From Callorhinchus milii (taxonomy: Eukaryota): DNA of 64,000 bases. Position numbers and translations under genes: made by a program. Shown one piece after another: positions 52,032 through 64,000 of this stretch. The notes below the pieces were generated by a model. That model was not told the origin of the DNA. It was given only the letters and a program-made list of their open reading frames with translations, and ran no database searches. Positions within the stretch are counted from its first letter, which is position 1. Every line of letters starts with the position of its first letter. The stretch lies in contig NW_024704742.1 in assembly GCF_018977255.1 (NCBI RefSeq), positions 31,312,001 to 31,376,000 on the forward strand, written 5' to 3'.

Positions 52032-53595
52032 ACAATAATGATGATAATAATAATCATGGCATTTGATATAGAGTAGCATCAGATTGTTGAGACATCTCAA
52101 AATTGACGCCAATCAAGCAAAAGTCTTGTATTTCATTTCCAGTAAGTTGAATACAAGAACAATAATAATAATCCTTGCATTTGATATAGCGCCTTATCCA
52201 ATCTCAAAGCGCTTCACAGAATATACTGCATTTTATATTTATTTTTGAAGATATATCAAGGCCTCTTCGAATTTGGCATGAGATGTTAATGTCGAATCCA
52301 GTTTGTGAATATCATAAATTGGACCAAATACAATACAATTTACATTTAGCCTTTCATGTCGGGAGGATGCCTCAAAGCACTCAAACCGTGGCTAGACCCA
52401 AACCATTTTACTATGAACCCAAAGGAAACCTGCAAAATAATCTGGTGAATAGTTTCAATCACTCTGCACTAAGGAATCTGAAAAGGCCAGCTGAGAACAG
52501 ACATGACTCTAAAAGCTTTTCAAAGAAGTGCCAAAAACCTCCAAAGCAGTTCTTGGAAAACTTGGTAATAATTTGCTCAGGTATATTTTAGCATTAATAG
52601 TAAAATGTCAAGGAAGATTCTCCATTGAAACAACCTAAGTCAGTAAGGTCCTAAATGCCCACTTGAACTGAAGGTGTTTCTACTGAAATGCATTTTACCT
52701 AAATCTCAGGCAAGAATGTATAGTAAACAATTTTTTGTTGAAGAAGCTGTTAAGAGCAAGGAGAAGCTGTGAGGAATTAAAAGTAATCTGTGCTGTGTAA
52801 AGGTAAATAGTGACAAAAGGAGAAGTAAAATGTAAACCGAATGAGAAAGATAAATTTGGATCACACCATGGAATTCCTCAGACCTGAGAAATTAAATTAA
52901 AAAATAAAAATGCTTACAATTAATCTATATATATAAAATATAACGCCTTTCACATTGGCAGGACATTTCAAGGTTCACGTGATAAAGTGGAGTGACTGTA
53001 TTTTGTAGGCAAGTAAGACAACGACAACAACTACTTGCATTTGTATAGCACCCTTCACGCAGAGGAGTGTCCCAGGAAATAAGAATCCAGAATCGCAGCT
53101 CAAAACTAAGCTTTGCTTCTGTCATGCTCCGCTACTGTCAAGCGCTCTGGGATGCTACCATGCATGAGGGGTGCTTTATAAATGCGAGTTGTTGTTGTGT
53201 TTTCAGTCTGATCAGTCCCTGGAACGGTGGCCTAAGGCACTGCCACAGATTTAAAAACTATAAGTTCTTAACAACAAAATGAATGCATTTCTGCATTAGA
53301 ATTGCACCTTAACAACATTTGACTGTAATTCAAAATGTGTTCTTCTGACCTTGTATAGATCTCAGGTGAGGCCACAATTGGGATATTGTGAGCAGTTTTG
53401 AACATTGGCAGATGTCCTTAAGGACATTGAAATATTGGAGAAGATTCAAAGTTCAGGACTTTGCAGGCTTGCGGTCTGCTCCGTAACGCAGTGCTGAAAC
53501 ACCATATATATTTTTCCAAATTTCATTGACTTCACAGCATGCTCTTATTTTCAACCTTTGATTTTTTCCTAGCTATATCAGGAGAAAGATAATTA

Positions 53596-53820
53596 TTAAC
53601 TGTGTTTAGACATCCAGAGTATCGATGTGAGCGCCATCATTTTCATGGCAGATAATGATCCGTTGCCACATTCAGTGCGATATCTTCCGTGACATGCATG
53701 GAGTGACGAGGAATGTACTGGTATCAGACATTGTTACATTTGACTCATCTGCAACAGCAAATACAAATTCATTGCAATAAAACACACAGGGGGGAGGAAA
53801 ATAGCTTTGTGAACATCCTG
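53596..53820 (-). mobile_element. Tc1/mariner element, copy 3 (one TIR plus transposase C-terminal remnant)
   Basis: Colinear with 2514-2742; encodes WQRIIICHENDGAHIDTLDV*; ends ctttgtgaacatcctg then TA. Confidence 0.8.
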
Positions 53821-54504
53821 TAGATCATAGAGTTCTTGCAAGTTAGTATGACAACCTCTAGTTTCTGACAGGTTCACCTTTTTAATTCTCAGAGTATTTA
53901 TTCATGGCTCCTCTATCAAATCACAATTTACACCTCATTGTCTTCTTATTGCATTCATATTCTGGTAAATTCCAGCCATATACAAGAGTAGTTGAAAACT
54001 ATGTGGTATATGTGCTGAATACTAACGGAAGCTAACAGTACATGTTTGAAGAGGTGATAGAGATGGGGAATCCAATGGCCACTTCCCCATTCACTGTTTT
54101 CATGCAAAGATCCCACTGAAATGGGGCTCAACTATGACTCAGCTCAATTGATTTGAACTGCTCACATGTCTGCTGAGGCTTTCAATGGAAGATTTGATTG
54201 ATCTTAGGATGAGTCAGTTAATTGACTTTTTTTAATGCTATATTTTTTTCAGGCTTCAGGTGCCAGACAATACTGCTGTCATGATCTGCCTATACCTTGG
54301 TGTTCTGGGAAAATAGCACAGTCCAAAAGTAATCAAAATAAAGACTTTTTTTAAGGTGATTTTCTAAAACATTGCACAAACTTAAATTTTAAGATAGTGG
54401 TCTTAAGGCCACTGTCGTATCAAATCATTATCATGGGTCATTATTGCCTTGATGATGTGTTCTCCAATGAATATTTTGTTGATGTTGAAATATTTGTGGG
54501 AATA

Positions 54505-54715
54505 AGAAACAGGTCCTTCCTGGTGTCCTGGCCAATAGTACCCCAGATAAAATTGGTCATTCACTTCATACTTATTTGCAGGATATTGCTGTGCTGAAAT
54601 TGGCTGCCCTGTTTGCCAATGAAATACACATTCACTACACATTCACTTACACATTTACAGTAAGTTCTGCAAAGTGCTTTGAGACTCCCCCTGACGTGAA
54701 TAGCACTTGTATTTC
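54505..54715 (+). mobile_element. SacSINE1-like SINE, 3' half
   Basis: cctggtgtcctggccaata...gctgtgctgaaattggctgcc. Confidence 0.75.
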
Positions 54716-54962
54716 TTATAGTAATTGTCCATTTACTCCTCCTACCCTATGTCTCCCTTTCATCTCAGGCTCCCCCTCGGTCTTTATAAAATGTTTTGAG
54801 ACATTCTCTCTTTGGGAAAGGTGTTACATAACTGCAACATGCTGCTTTTGCTATTGAAGTGAAAATCTTTCCTCAAGATGTCTTCCTAGTGGGCAGATGA
54901 CTAACAATTAATGAACAATAATTAGACATGGAAAATAAACATTATCAAATATACAAGATAAT

Positions 54963-55528
54963 AATACAATAATATTCCTTGCATTTGATAGACCATTTTA
55001 TCACATCATTGAGACATCTCAAAGTGCTTCACAGAATAGATTGTACAGTGGATTGACTGTATACTTTCATAGAATATTACATAGAATATTACAGCAGAGA
55101 AGGAGGCCATTCGGCCCATTGTGGCTGTGCCTCACGTTGACGCACGATTTTGTGGGGAAAACACTATAAAATAAAATTGTACTAAAATAAAATAAATAAA
55201 GATGCTATAATATATTATTAACAGTAATGCTAATGTTATTAATGTTTTTCAATTTCAATTATAATTAATAATAATTAATTTTATTATGTATAATAATTAA
55301 CTTTCAATACTAATATAACAATAATAATATAATAATCCTTGCAGTTGATATAATACCTTATTACATAATTGAGACGTCTCAAAGCGTTTCACAGGATAGA
55401 TTGTAAAGTGGATTGACCGAGTATTTTGTGGGCGAAATGCTATAAAATAATAAAATTATAATAAAATAAAAATGCTATAAAATATTATTGACAGTAATGC
55501 TAATGTTATTAATATTTTGCAAATTTCA
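54963..55528. repeat. Local tandem duplication of a SINE tail plus AT-rich flank; copy 1 carries a CR1 tail insertion (55069-55130, minus)
   Basis: 54963-55257 resembles 55325-55528; both share the non-SINE sequence acagtaatgctaatgttattaat. Confidence 0.85.
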
Positions 55529-56101
55529 GAATTACCTTCATTATATAAAGGAATAATTTTACAACTCAACCAAACGTCAGGAAGCAGCAAATCATCTTGA
55601 ACAGGCATTGCTCGGGTATGGCATAACACAAGAGTAGCGTGTGTTAAGGCACAGGTAAACTACAAGTATAGTTCCAATGTAGCAATGAACATGGCTTAGG
55701 TGTAGCAAAGGTGCAACACAAGTAACAGGGGCTGATTTCCCAGTGCATCTTCAATTGCTGAAGGACGACCTTAAATCTTTGTGTCTGTTCACTCCTAGAA
55801 TCATTCTGTATCCTATGTTATTTCTGCTGTTGGCTATGAACCACTATTTCAACCTGAGACCTGACCCCCTTGTGCACCAGTGTGGTGTTTTCATTCCCCA
55901 CACTCTTTACTCCTGCCATCTCTGACACTTCAATCATACTATGAGATTGCATTTGGTTACAACCAGGAGTACCTGAATTGACTGTGACCCCGGAGTGCTT
56001 GCGCAATCCTCCGATTTAAGTTCCTGTGCCAGAAAGTATTAAAGCATCAGCCTGATCCGAGCAGTGTTTATTCAGTTTCCTTTAATTTGCCAAAGGAAAG
56101 G

Positions 56102-56645
56102 GAGCCCCCAATGTCCAAGGTTTCTCACAGTCCTATGCTTTAAGATCACTGTCTTAAAACTTGTCAGAATTTTTAAAAATGTTTCATTATAGTGTGAGCT
56201 GCTTTTCTACTATTCTTCTAAAGTGCTCTCCAGATTCATAGTCAGAGAGCCTGACATTCCACCAATCTTTGTCTTAATAATAATAATAATCCTTGCCTTT
56301 GATATAGCGCTTATCACGTTTTCGCGACGTCTCAAAGCATTTCACACAATATACTGTAAAGTGAATTGACTGTATATTTTGTGGGCGAAACGTGGCAGCC
56401 AATTGCGCACAGCAGTGTCCCACAAACAGTCATGAATTGAATGACCAAATATTATTATTATTTTAAAAAAAGTGCCTTGGAATGTAAATTTGTATCGTAA
56501 TAAGGAAAATTCTAAAATCTGTTCTTAGTTTACAAAGTGATTCAAGTTTATACTTGGTTTATGAATTTTCCACAGCTCTGGGAAGAATTTTGAGTTTTAA
56601 AACAAAATAGTCTTGCAAGCTAAGTCTGGGTGGAATTTAGGGGCA
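56102..56645. mobile_element. MITE related to 15770-15993, with a SINE (56276-56460, minus) inside
   Basis: Shares tttatgaattttccaca and gctaag(a/t)ct(a/g)gg...gaa(a)ttt..gggc end; weak pairing with the left end. Confidence 0.5.
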
Positions 56646-56816
56646 CAGAATTAAATAGTGTTGTCAGAAGGATTGACTCCACACTCTGATTGTAACTGTA
56701 TATGTTTGCTGCTGACTGCTCTATTTGTTCACACCCATTAGTTAAATGCTCTTATGAGCTATTATAAAATAGGAAAGTGAAAATATAGTTATATAAAATA
56801 AAATAAAATGAGAGAT

Positions 56817-57130
56817 ACAGTAGAAACCCGTTATAAAGTGTCCTTTTATAATGTTGGTTAGCTTATAAGCATGTCCTGTTGCTTCAGCACCCTGCTTCCC
56901 TCACACCAAACGATAGCTGACTTCTGGATCATCAAGTTGCTGTCAATATCACGTATTGTACACACGTGCTTTGTGCGGAAATGATGGTGGTAGTGACCTG
57001 ATGACCCGAAAGTCAACATTGATTCCTGTTAATACACAGGAAACCAGCCAGCTCTCTGCCCACATGTGCAGCGATGTGATCCGCGAAATCTATAGGCAGA
57101 AACTGGTAACCACGCCCCGTTATAATGAGA
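56817..57130. mobile_element. Tigger/pogo-like terminal fragment
   Basis: TA followed by cagtagaaacccgttataa (TIR-like start); repeated cccgttataa motif. Confidence 0.5.
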
Positions 57131-57750
57131 ATCTTTGCATTTGATATAGTGTCAATAACATGGAAAGTGTCTCAAGGCGCTTACCAAAGTTCTGTACAGT
57201 GTAATGACTGTATACTTGTAGGCAGATAGCCTCGGATTCCTCACATCGACCCTGCTTCACCATTATTCAATGGCAACTCTGTCAATCCATTTGCTCTCAG
57301 GACCCTGACTTTGGCTGGGGTTCTGTTTCACAGTCACAACCGATGCCCCTGGTTTAGTGAGAACATCTTTTTATAAGTAGTCTTGTCAGCTGTGTGATAC
57401 GTATTTGTGTGTGTGCATGGAGGGAATGTCACGGTAAGATAAATTAGTGACCATCTGATGTTGCTTGAGTATTAAATTAGAACAGATTTGATAATAATGA
57501 TTGAGATCTGTTATGAAGCATCACGGTTTTCACCCCACTGTTTCATAAAGAGTTTAGCAGTGACATATTGCAATAAAACAAAGAATAAAACAAAGAATAT
57601 AAACGAAGAAATTGCCAAACAAGCAGACCACTCTGAGTCTGACAGACAAATCTTCTGGAAAATGCCATTGATTATCTTTAAAAATAAATAGATTATATAA
57701 ATATTATACATATATCTATACATATATTACATATAAACATATACAGAAAA

Positions 57751-60000
57751 AGTCATTAGATTCAGAGTGCATATGAAAAGAGACAAGGAACCATCTAAGG
57801 TAAAGATACTCAACTGGAAGAGGGCAAATTTCAATGAGGTAAAAAGGGACCTAGCCAAGGTGGACTGGAAAGAAAGATTGGCAGGTAAAACAACTAAGGA
57901 GCAGTGGGAATTCTTCAAGGATGAGATAGCTTGGGGACAGAATAAATACATTCCCACAAAAGGGAAACGTAGGGCATCCAAACCTCCCTGGATGACAAAG
58001 GTAATTGGGTCTAGAATGAAGCAGAAAAAGGAAGCGTATGACAAATGTCAAACACAAGACACAGAAGACAACCAAATAGAATATAGAAAGTGCAGAAGAG
58101 GTTTGAAAAAGGAAATAAGAGGGGCAAAAAGATTATATGAAAAAAGGTTAGCGGGTAACATTAAAGGGAATACTAAAATATTTTACAAACACATCAAGAA
58201 AAAAAGGTTAGTCAAAGGTAGGGTGGGGCCAATTAAGCAGCAAGACGGAAATCTTATTGTGGAGGCAGAGGGCATGGCTGATGTACTGAATGAGTACTTT
58301 GCATCTGTCTTCACAAAAGAAGTGGAAGCACCAAATACCGCAGTATCGGAGGAGAGGGTAGAGGAAATGGATAGGATAAGTATAAACAGAGAGGAAGTAC
58401 TGAAAAGGTTGACTGGGCTGAAGGTAGATAAGTCGCCTGGTCCGGACGGGATGCAACCAAGGTTACTATGGGAGGCACGGGTACAAATAACGGAGGCTTT
58501 GGCTACAATTTTTCAATCTTCGTTGGACACAGGGGTGGTGCCAGATGACTGGAGAGTGGCCAATTTGACTCCCCTGTACAAAAAGGGACAGAAGGACAAA
58601 CCTGGGAACTGCAGGCCAGTCAGCCTAACATCAGTAGTGGGGAAACTCCTGGAGACTATAATCCGGGACAGAATAAATCTTCACTTAGAAGAATATGGGT
58701 TAATTAGGGACAGCCAGCACGGATTTGTTAAAGGCAGATCTTGTCTAACAAATCTATTAGAATTTTTTGATGAGGTAACAGAGAGGGTGGATAGAGGTAG
58801 TGCAGTTGATGTAGTTTATGCGGACTTTCAAAAGGCACTTGATAAAGTGCCACATGAAAGACTTGTAAGAAAGATAGAAGCCCATGGTATAAAAGGGACA
58901 GTGGCAGCATGGATCCAGAACTGGCTGGGAGACAGAAAGCAGAGAGTTGTGATGAACGGCTGCTTTTCTGACTGGAGGGAAGTGTAGAGTGGTGACCCCA
59001 GGAATCGGTATTACGACCACTGCTCTTAATATACATAAATGATCTGGACTTGGGTATAGCAAGTACCATTTCCAAGTTTGCGGATAACACAAAGTTAGGT
59101 AGGATAGTAAACAGTGAGAAAGATAGTAGCCAACTGCAGGAAGATATAGACAGAATGGTAAAATGGGCAGACACATGGCAGATGAATTTCAATGTGGAGA
59201 AATGCGAGATAATGCATTTTGGTAGAAAGAATGAGGGGAGGCAATATAGGCTGGTAATACAATCTTAAGGGGGTGAAAGAACAGAAAGACCTGAGGGTGC
59301 AGGTAAATGAATCATTGAAGGTGGCAGGACAGGTAGATAAAGCTGTAAAAAGGGCATATGGGATACTAGGCTTTATAAATAGGGCCATAGAGTACAAGAG
59401 TCAGGAGGTTATGATTAACCTATATAAAATACTGGTTAGGCCTCAGTTAGAATATTGCGCCCAGTTCTGGGCACCACACTATAGGAAGGATGTTAAGGCA
59501 TTGGAAAGGGTGCAGAGGAGATTTACGAGGATGGTACCAGGAATGAGGGACCTTGATTATGAGGAAAGGCTAATGAGGTCGGGATTATTCTCATTGGAGC
59601 AGAGAAGGTTACAAGGAGACCTAATAGAGGTCTTCAAAATCATGAGGGAATTTGATAGGTTAGAAAGGGGAAAACTGTTTCCACTGGTGGCTGCGTCGGT
59701 GACTCGAGGTTACAGATTCAAAATAGTATCTAAGAGAAGCAGAGGGGAGGTGAGAAGAAATTTTTTCATGCAGCGAGTTGTTCGAATCTGGAACGCATTG
59801 CCTGAAAGGGTGATCGAGGCCGATTTGATAACTACTTTTAAAAACGAGGTGAACGGTTATTTGAGGAGGACGGGTTTGCAGGGTTATGGGGAAAGGGCTG
59901 GGGAGTGGGATTTACATTACATTGCTCTTCTCAAAGAGCCGGCACTGACTCGATGGGCCGAATGGCCTCTTTTTGTGCTGTACGAATCTATGATTCTATG
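57751..60000 (+). pseudogene. CR1 LINE, 2.25 kb, 5'-truncated; ORF2 (RT) open for 406 aa, then frameshifted
   Basis: KSPGPDGMQPRLL, RPVSLTSVVGKLLE, QHGFVKGRSCLTNL, DFQKALDKVPH, KFADNTKL, LVRPQLEYCAQFWAPH; tail atctatgattctatg. Confidence 0.97.
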
Positions 60001-60087
60001 AAGTATGTGTCTATGCTTCCATTTTGTTTGGTAGTAAACCCAGGTTTTGCACTGGTTTAAATAAATCCCAGATTTATTTAAACTAAT

Positions 60088-60730
60088 GGAATTGAGGGTG
60101 GAGGAAGAGAGGTAGAGTTGGGTGTCATCCGCATATGTGTGGAAGTTGACCCCATGTTTGCGGATAATGTCACCAAGAGGGAGCATATTGATATTGAAGA
60201 GGAGGGGACCAAGGACAGAGCCCTGAGGAATGCCACACAAGACTGTAGGGACTGGAAGAGAAACCGTTGGCGGAGACAAATTGGAGACGATAAATAATAA
60301 TATTTGCATTTGATATAGCGCTTTTCACGTCGGGAGGACGTCCCAAAGCGCTTCACAGAACACACTGTAAAGTGAATTGACTGTACATTTATGGGCGAAC
60401 GCGGCAGCCAATTGCGCACAGCAATGTCCCACAAACAGTCGTAGATTGAAAATGACCAATTTCATTATTGTTTTTTTGGTTTTTGGAGGGATTATTATTA
60501 GGCGTGTGGAGTCCTGTAGCTCAGTGGTTAGAGCACTCGCTTATCTCTCACGATGTAAGAGATCAGATCTGAATTATTCAAGGACAGAACCTTGAAGGTT
60601 GAGGTGAGAGGGGAGACAGGGGATGAGGAGACAGGGGATGAGGATGGAGTGGTCCACGGTATCGAAGGCAGCAAAGAGGTCGAGGAGGATGAGGAGACAG
60701 AGGGATGCTGGTCACAGATGGTCATTGCTG
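60088..60730 (-). mobile_element. L2 RT-region fragment split by a SINE
   Basis: LILLDLFAAFDTVDH (about 60650-60700) and [13 protein letters not shown]...YADDTQLY (60100-60240). Confidence 0.9.
60292..60549 (-). mobile_element. Young short-form SINE with inverted 5' head
   Basis: Body on minus (60292-60512), head on plus (60506-60542); TSD acgat at 60287-60291 and 60550-60554. Confidence 0.9.
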
Positions 60731-60831
60731 ACACAATCAGTGTTGAATTGGCAATGAACTGTGATATTCCTGAGATGAGGTGCACTGGTAGCAGGCCTCA
60801 GTTGTATATGCTCTATGTAAAGACTATGTAG

Positions 60832-61080
60832 GTAGGATGACCATATTTTGTGAACCAAATTTGGGGACACATATAAAAATAATGTAGCTCACCACAATTG
60901 CTGATGCTCTCAGTACTGGAGAAGCTTGTTGGATTAATGACTGTGGTTCTCTGTTGAGTGTATCTTGTTTACAATGTTATTGTTCTTGCTGAGCTTTTTG
61001 ATGAACTAAAGACCGGGCAAATTTGGCCCCAGGGATACAATACCCCATCCAGGGACTGTCTCCAGAAATCGGGGATATTG
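60832..61080. mobile_element. hAT-like non-autonomous relic
   Basis: Starts taggatgaccata (TAGGGTGACCA-type TIR); several gggaca/ccggg subterminal motifs; second TIR not recognisable. Confidence 0.4.
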
Positions 61081-61141
61081 TATAGATTACTGATTGGAAT
61101 AAAATTTGTGGATTTTTAAACAAGTTTCAGCCCTTATTTCA

Positions 61142-61530
61142 TAATAATAATAACAATAACAATAATAACAATCCTTGCATTTGGTGTAGGATCTTTCCCA
61201 TTGGGAGGATACCTCAAAGCCGCTTCACAGGATTTACTATGAAGTGAAGTGACTGCGTAGTTGTAGGCGAATACAGCAGCCCATTGCGCATAGCAATGTC
61301 CCACAAACAGCCATGAAGTCAATGACCAATTTTACTTTGGGGATTGTTGGCCAGGATACTGTTAGAAACTCCCTTTTCTTTTCGAATAGCGCCATGGGAT
61401 TTTTAACTTCCAACTAAATAGGCAGACGGGACCTCGGTTTAATGTCTCATCCGAAAGATGGCACCCCTGACAATGCAGCACACCCCAGCAATGCACTGGA
61501 ATATCACACATCATATGAGTTCTAAGTCCT
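61142..61530 (-). mobile_element. SacSINE1-like SINE
   Basis: Antisense tail, Deu-like domain and middle region. Confidence 0.85.
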
Positions 61531-61555
61531 GATTTAAGGAACATGTTTAGGATCA

Positions 61556-61568
61556 CCAGCAGGTGGCA
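61556..61568 (+). promoter_or_regulatory. CTCF-like motif
   Basis: ccagcaggtggca matches the CCASYAGRKGGCR consensus; binding not shown. Confidence 0.35.
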
Positions 61569-62449
61569 ACACCTTGTTGATAAATGCTTTGTTCCATTTG
61601 GTTGGAGTGCCACCATTTTGTTTTTACTTTGAGGTGAGCAATTATATTTTATAAATCTTAATAAATCTACACCATGATTTTTTTCTTTAATTTTTCTTTC
61701 ACAGATTTTGGTTTTGCTTATCTAACTCGAAGGTCTGAAATCACAACCTGAAATCAACCAGGTTAAAAGATTAACGTTTAACTAATTGCTAAAAGTTAAC
61801 TTTTAGGTGGAGGAAAGTGTGAATTTCAGTCCTCCTGATCATATAAACCTGGGAAAACAACATTCAGAAGCATAAAAAATTAACATAGAGCCTGATGGAG
61901 GGTCTATAATTAACAAAGCAGGGTTGCTTGCCTTTGGATAAAAACATGGCTGCACAACAACAACAACTTGCATTAATAAAGTGCAATTCAAGCAGGATAG
62001 CTACTCAGAATGCTGTACATTGGATAGGTTGGATGCTGATAAATGGAGAAGGGGAGGGAGAGATGACCATAGCGCAGTCAAAGTGGTACGTCTGTGAGTG
62101 GAGCAAAACTTGCTGAGTGGTGTCCCCCTCTTTTGTCCTAAGCATATTCTTCAAATAAAGGATGGAATTCATTTAGTAATAATAATTCTTGCATTTGATA
62201 TAGAGTTGTAAAATAAAGTGGATTGTCTATATATATTGTGGGGGAAACTACTCTTTTCAGAGTTAGGAATTTTACTGCATATTTCACCCCATAAAAAGTA
62301 ATTATAGATTTTATAGTCTGTGTATAGAATGCATATAGCCTTTATAGGCTGTAGAGACAAGAGTCTACATAGGCTATAGAGGGAGGGGAGTACTGCCCAT
62401 ATTGACTGCATTGGCTGTATCGATACTACAGTCATGTCAACCTGTTCAC

Positions 62450-62590
62450 TCCCTCTTCGGCCACCCTATTACCCTCCCTGCCCTCTCTGATTTCAACCCC
62501 CCTGCTCGGGTCCAAATTCCTGACTGTCCAGAAACTTGGGACATCCTCCCTACGTGAAAGGTACTATATAAATGTAATTTTGTATTGTAT
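62450..62590 (+). mobile_element. L2 3' end inside a degenerate tatag/ctgta-rich repeat (62305-62690)
   Basis: ctgctcgggtccaaattcctgactgtccag...acgtgaaaggtactatataaatgtaatttt. Confidence 0.8.
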
Positions 62591-62914
62591 TTTACAGTGT
62601 TGTACGGCTGTGTATGGACTATAAAGGGCCTGTATAAACTGTAGACTATACAGGCCGTGCTTAGACTGTAGATAGACTATACAGGCTGTTTATTTGGTAT
62701 AATTAGGCAGAGTAGGACTTATAGGTTCTGGGTAAGGAAAAGTTTAGCTCAGGTAATAGGGGGATGAGTCTGCACCCAAGCTCTGGAAAGAGGATGATTT
62801 GACAAGGGCTGAAAAACATGCTTCTGTTTGGAAATGTGTTTTAGTGATAATTGTCAGGAATTTGAACTCAGCCCAGGTAGTGCTGGGGGTGGGGGTTTGA
62901 GGATGGTGTACTGA

Positions 62915-63297
62915 ATATCAGACATGCCGTCGTTCAGATGAAACATTAAACCATCTGTCTGCAGATCCCACTGGCCCACTGTTTCTCCTGGTGTCCTGGC
63001 CAACAATCCCCTAGATACAATTGGCAAACACTCCATAGCTGTTTGTGAGACATTGCTGCGAGCAATTTGGGTGCCTTGTATGTCTACAAAATACACAGTT
63101 ATCACACTATACAGTAAATCCTGTGAAGCATTTTTAGTTCTTTTGATGACATGATAAATCCATACAACAACAACAAGATTACATTTGTAAAGCGCCTTTC
63201 ACGTGGGGAGAACGACCCAAGGCGCTGGACTGTGTACAGCATTTCAGTGTACATATACACCATATATCAAATGCAAGGATTATTAATATTATTATTG
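62915..63297 (+). mobile_element. SacSINE1-like SINE interrupted by an antisense L2 tail (63164-63228)
   Basis: Body, then caacaacaacaagattacatttgtaaagcgcctttcacg, then resumed tail. Confidence 0.75.
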
Positions 63298-63664
63298 AAA
63301 TACAATGAGTCAAGGGAAAGTCAGAAGCTCTAGGCAGGAGGCTAATGCTCAGCTACAGTTGTGCTGTATGCCTCTTCTGACACAGCTCCTCAATTGAGGC
63401 ACAGAGGACACCTGAAACCAGTACAGCTCTCCAGGAGTTATGGTCTGCTGCAGAAATTCCTTTCTCTCCAGATGTTTACCTTCCAGTTCTCTCTGATGAC
63501 AGCTACAATCAATCTTAGGGACCTATCAGGAACACCCCCCCCCACCATACTGAGACCTGTGAGACAGCCACCCCTCCCCTCATCCCCATTCCACACCGTT
63601 ACAGCACCTTGAGACTTCCTCCCGATGTGAGAGGCGCTGTACATGTAATTTGTTGTTGTTACCT

Positions 63665-63780
63665 CTGAGGAACAGAACCTCCCCCTCACCATGACCTGTG
63701 AGAGAACTTCCCCCACTCCTCCTCACAATGACCTATGAGAGACCCTCCCGCCTCACCGTGACCTGTGAGAGAAACTCCAG
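63665..63780. repeat. Short imperfect tandem repeat, 3 units of ctcac(c/a)(a/g)tgacct(g/a)tgagaga, after an L2 tail (63575-63660)
   Basis: Direct reading. Confidence 0.8.
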
Positions 63781-64000
63781 CCCCCGGGGTGATCTATCAG
63801 GGAAGTCCAGCAACCTGTCAGAGAGGGTGGTGTAGCAGGTGCAGGCCTCTGTAGATCTGAGCAGGACTAAATAGCCGGCGTCCTGTAGGAGTGGGTGGTG
63901 AACACTGCGAGCAGTCGGCTGGAGTGAAAAGGCCTCGATTGCTCTCACTGATGGACAACAGTCGATAATCACACTGGGGGGCAAAATAGTGACTTGGGCT

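Noticed and set aside
57767..58987. 406-aa ORF as a host gene
   Set aside because: CR1 ORF2 fragment, truncated and broken before the catalytic motif

Overview
Repeat-rich eukaryotic DNA, most likely from a cartilaginous fish (probably a chimaera or elephant-shark relative). This is inferred from the repeat repertoire: L2 and CR1 LINEs, tRNA-derived SINEs with a Deu-like domain and L2-type tails, and a shark-type palindromic element. I recognise no host protein-coding gene; the long ORFs are decayed CR1/L2 ORF2 or their antisense shadows. The window looks like a large intron or gene desert. It holds about 40 SINE pieces, about 25 LINE pieces, Tc1/mariner, Tigger-like and hAT-like relics, palindromic MITEs, and several repeat-free, motif-dense blocks that may be conserved enhancers (not provable from one sequence). 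Notable items: (1) a 225-bp fold-back element with a 14-bp TSD and a minimal hammerhead-ribozyme core (347-571); (2) two inverted mariner derivatives, each hit by a different SINE at nearly the same site (2199-3259); (3) a SINE whose tRNA head is flipped at its own internal inverted repeat (60292-60549); (4) two 29-bp direct-repeat pairs; (5) isolated hairpins and candidate micro-exons. Boundaries of old repeats are approximate.
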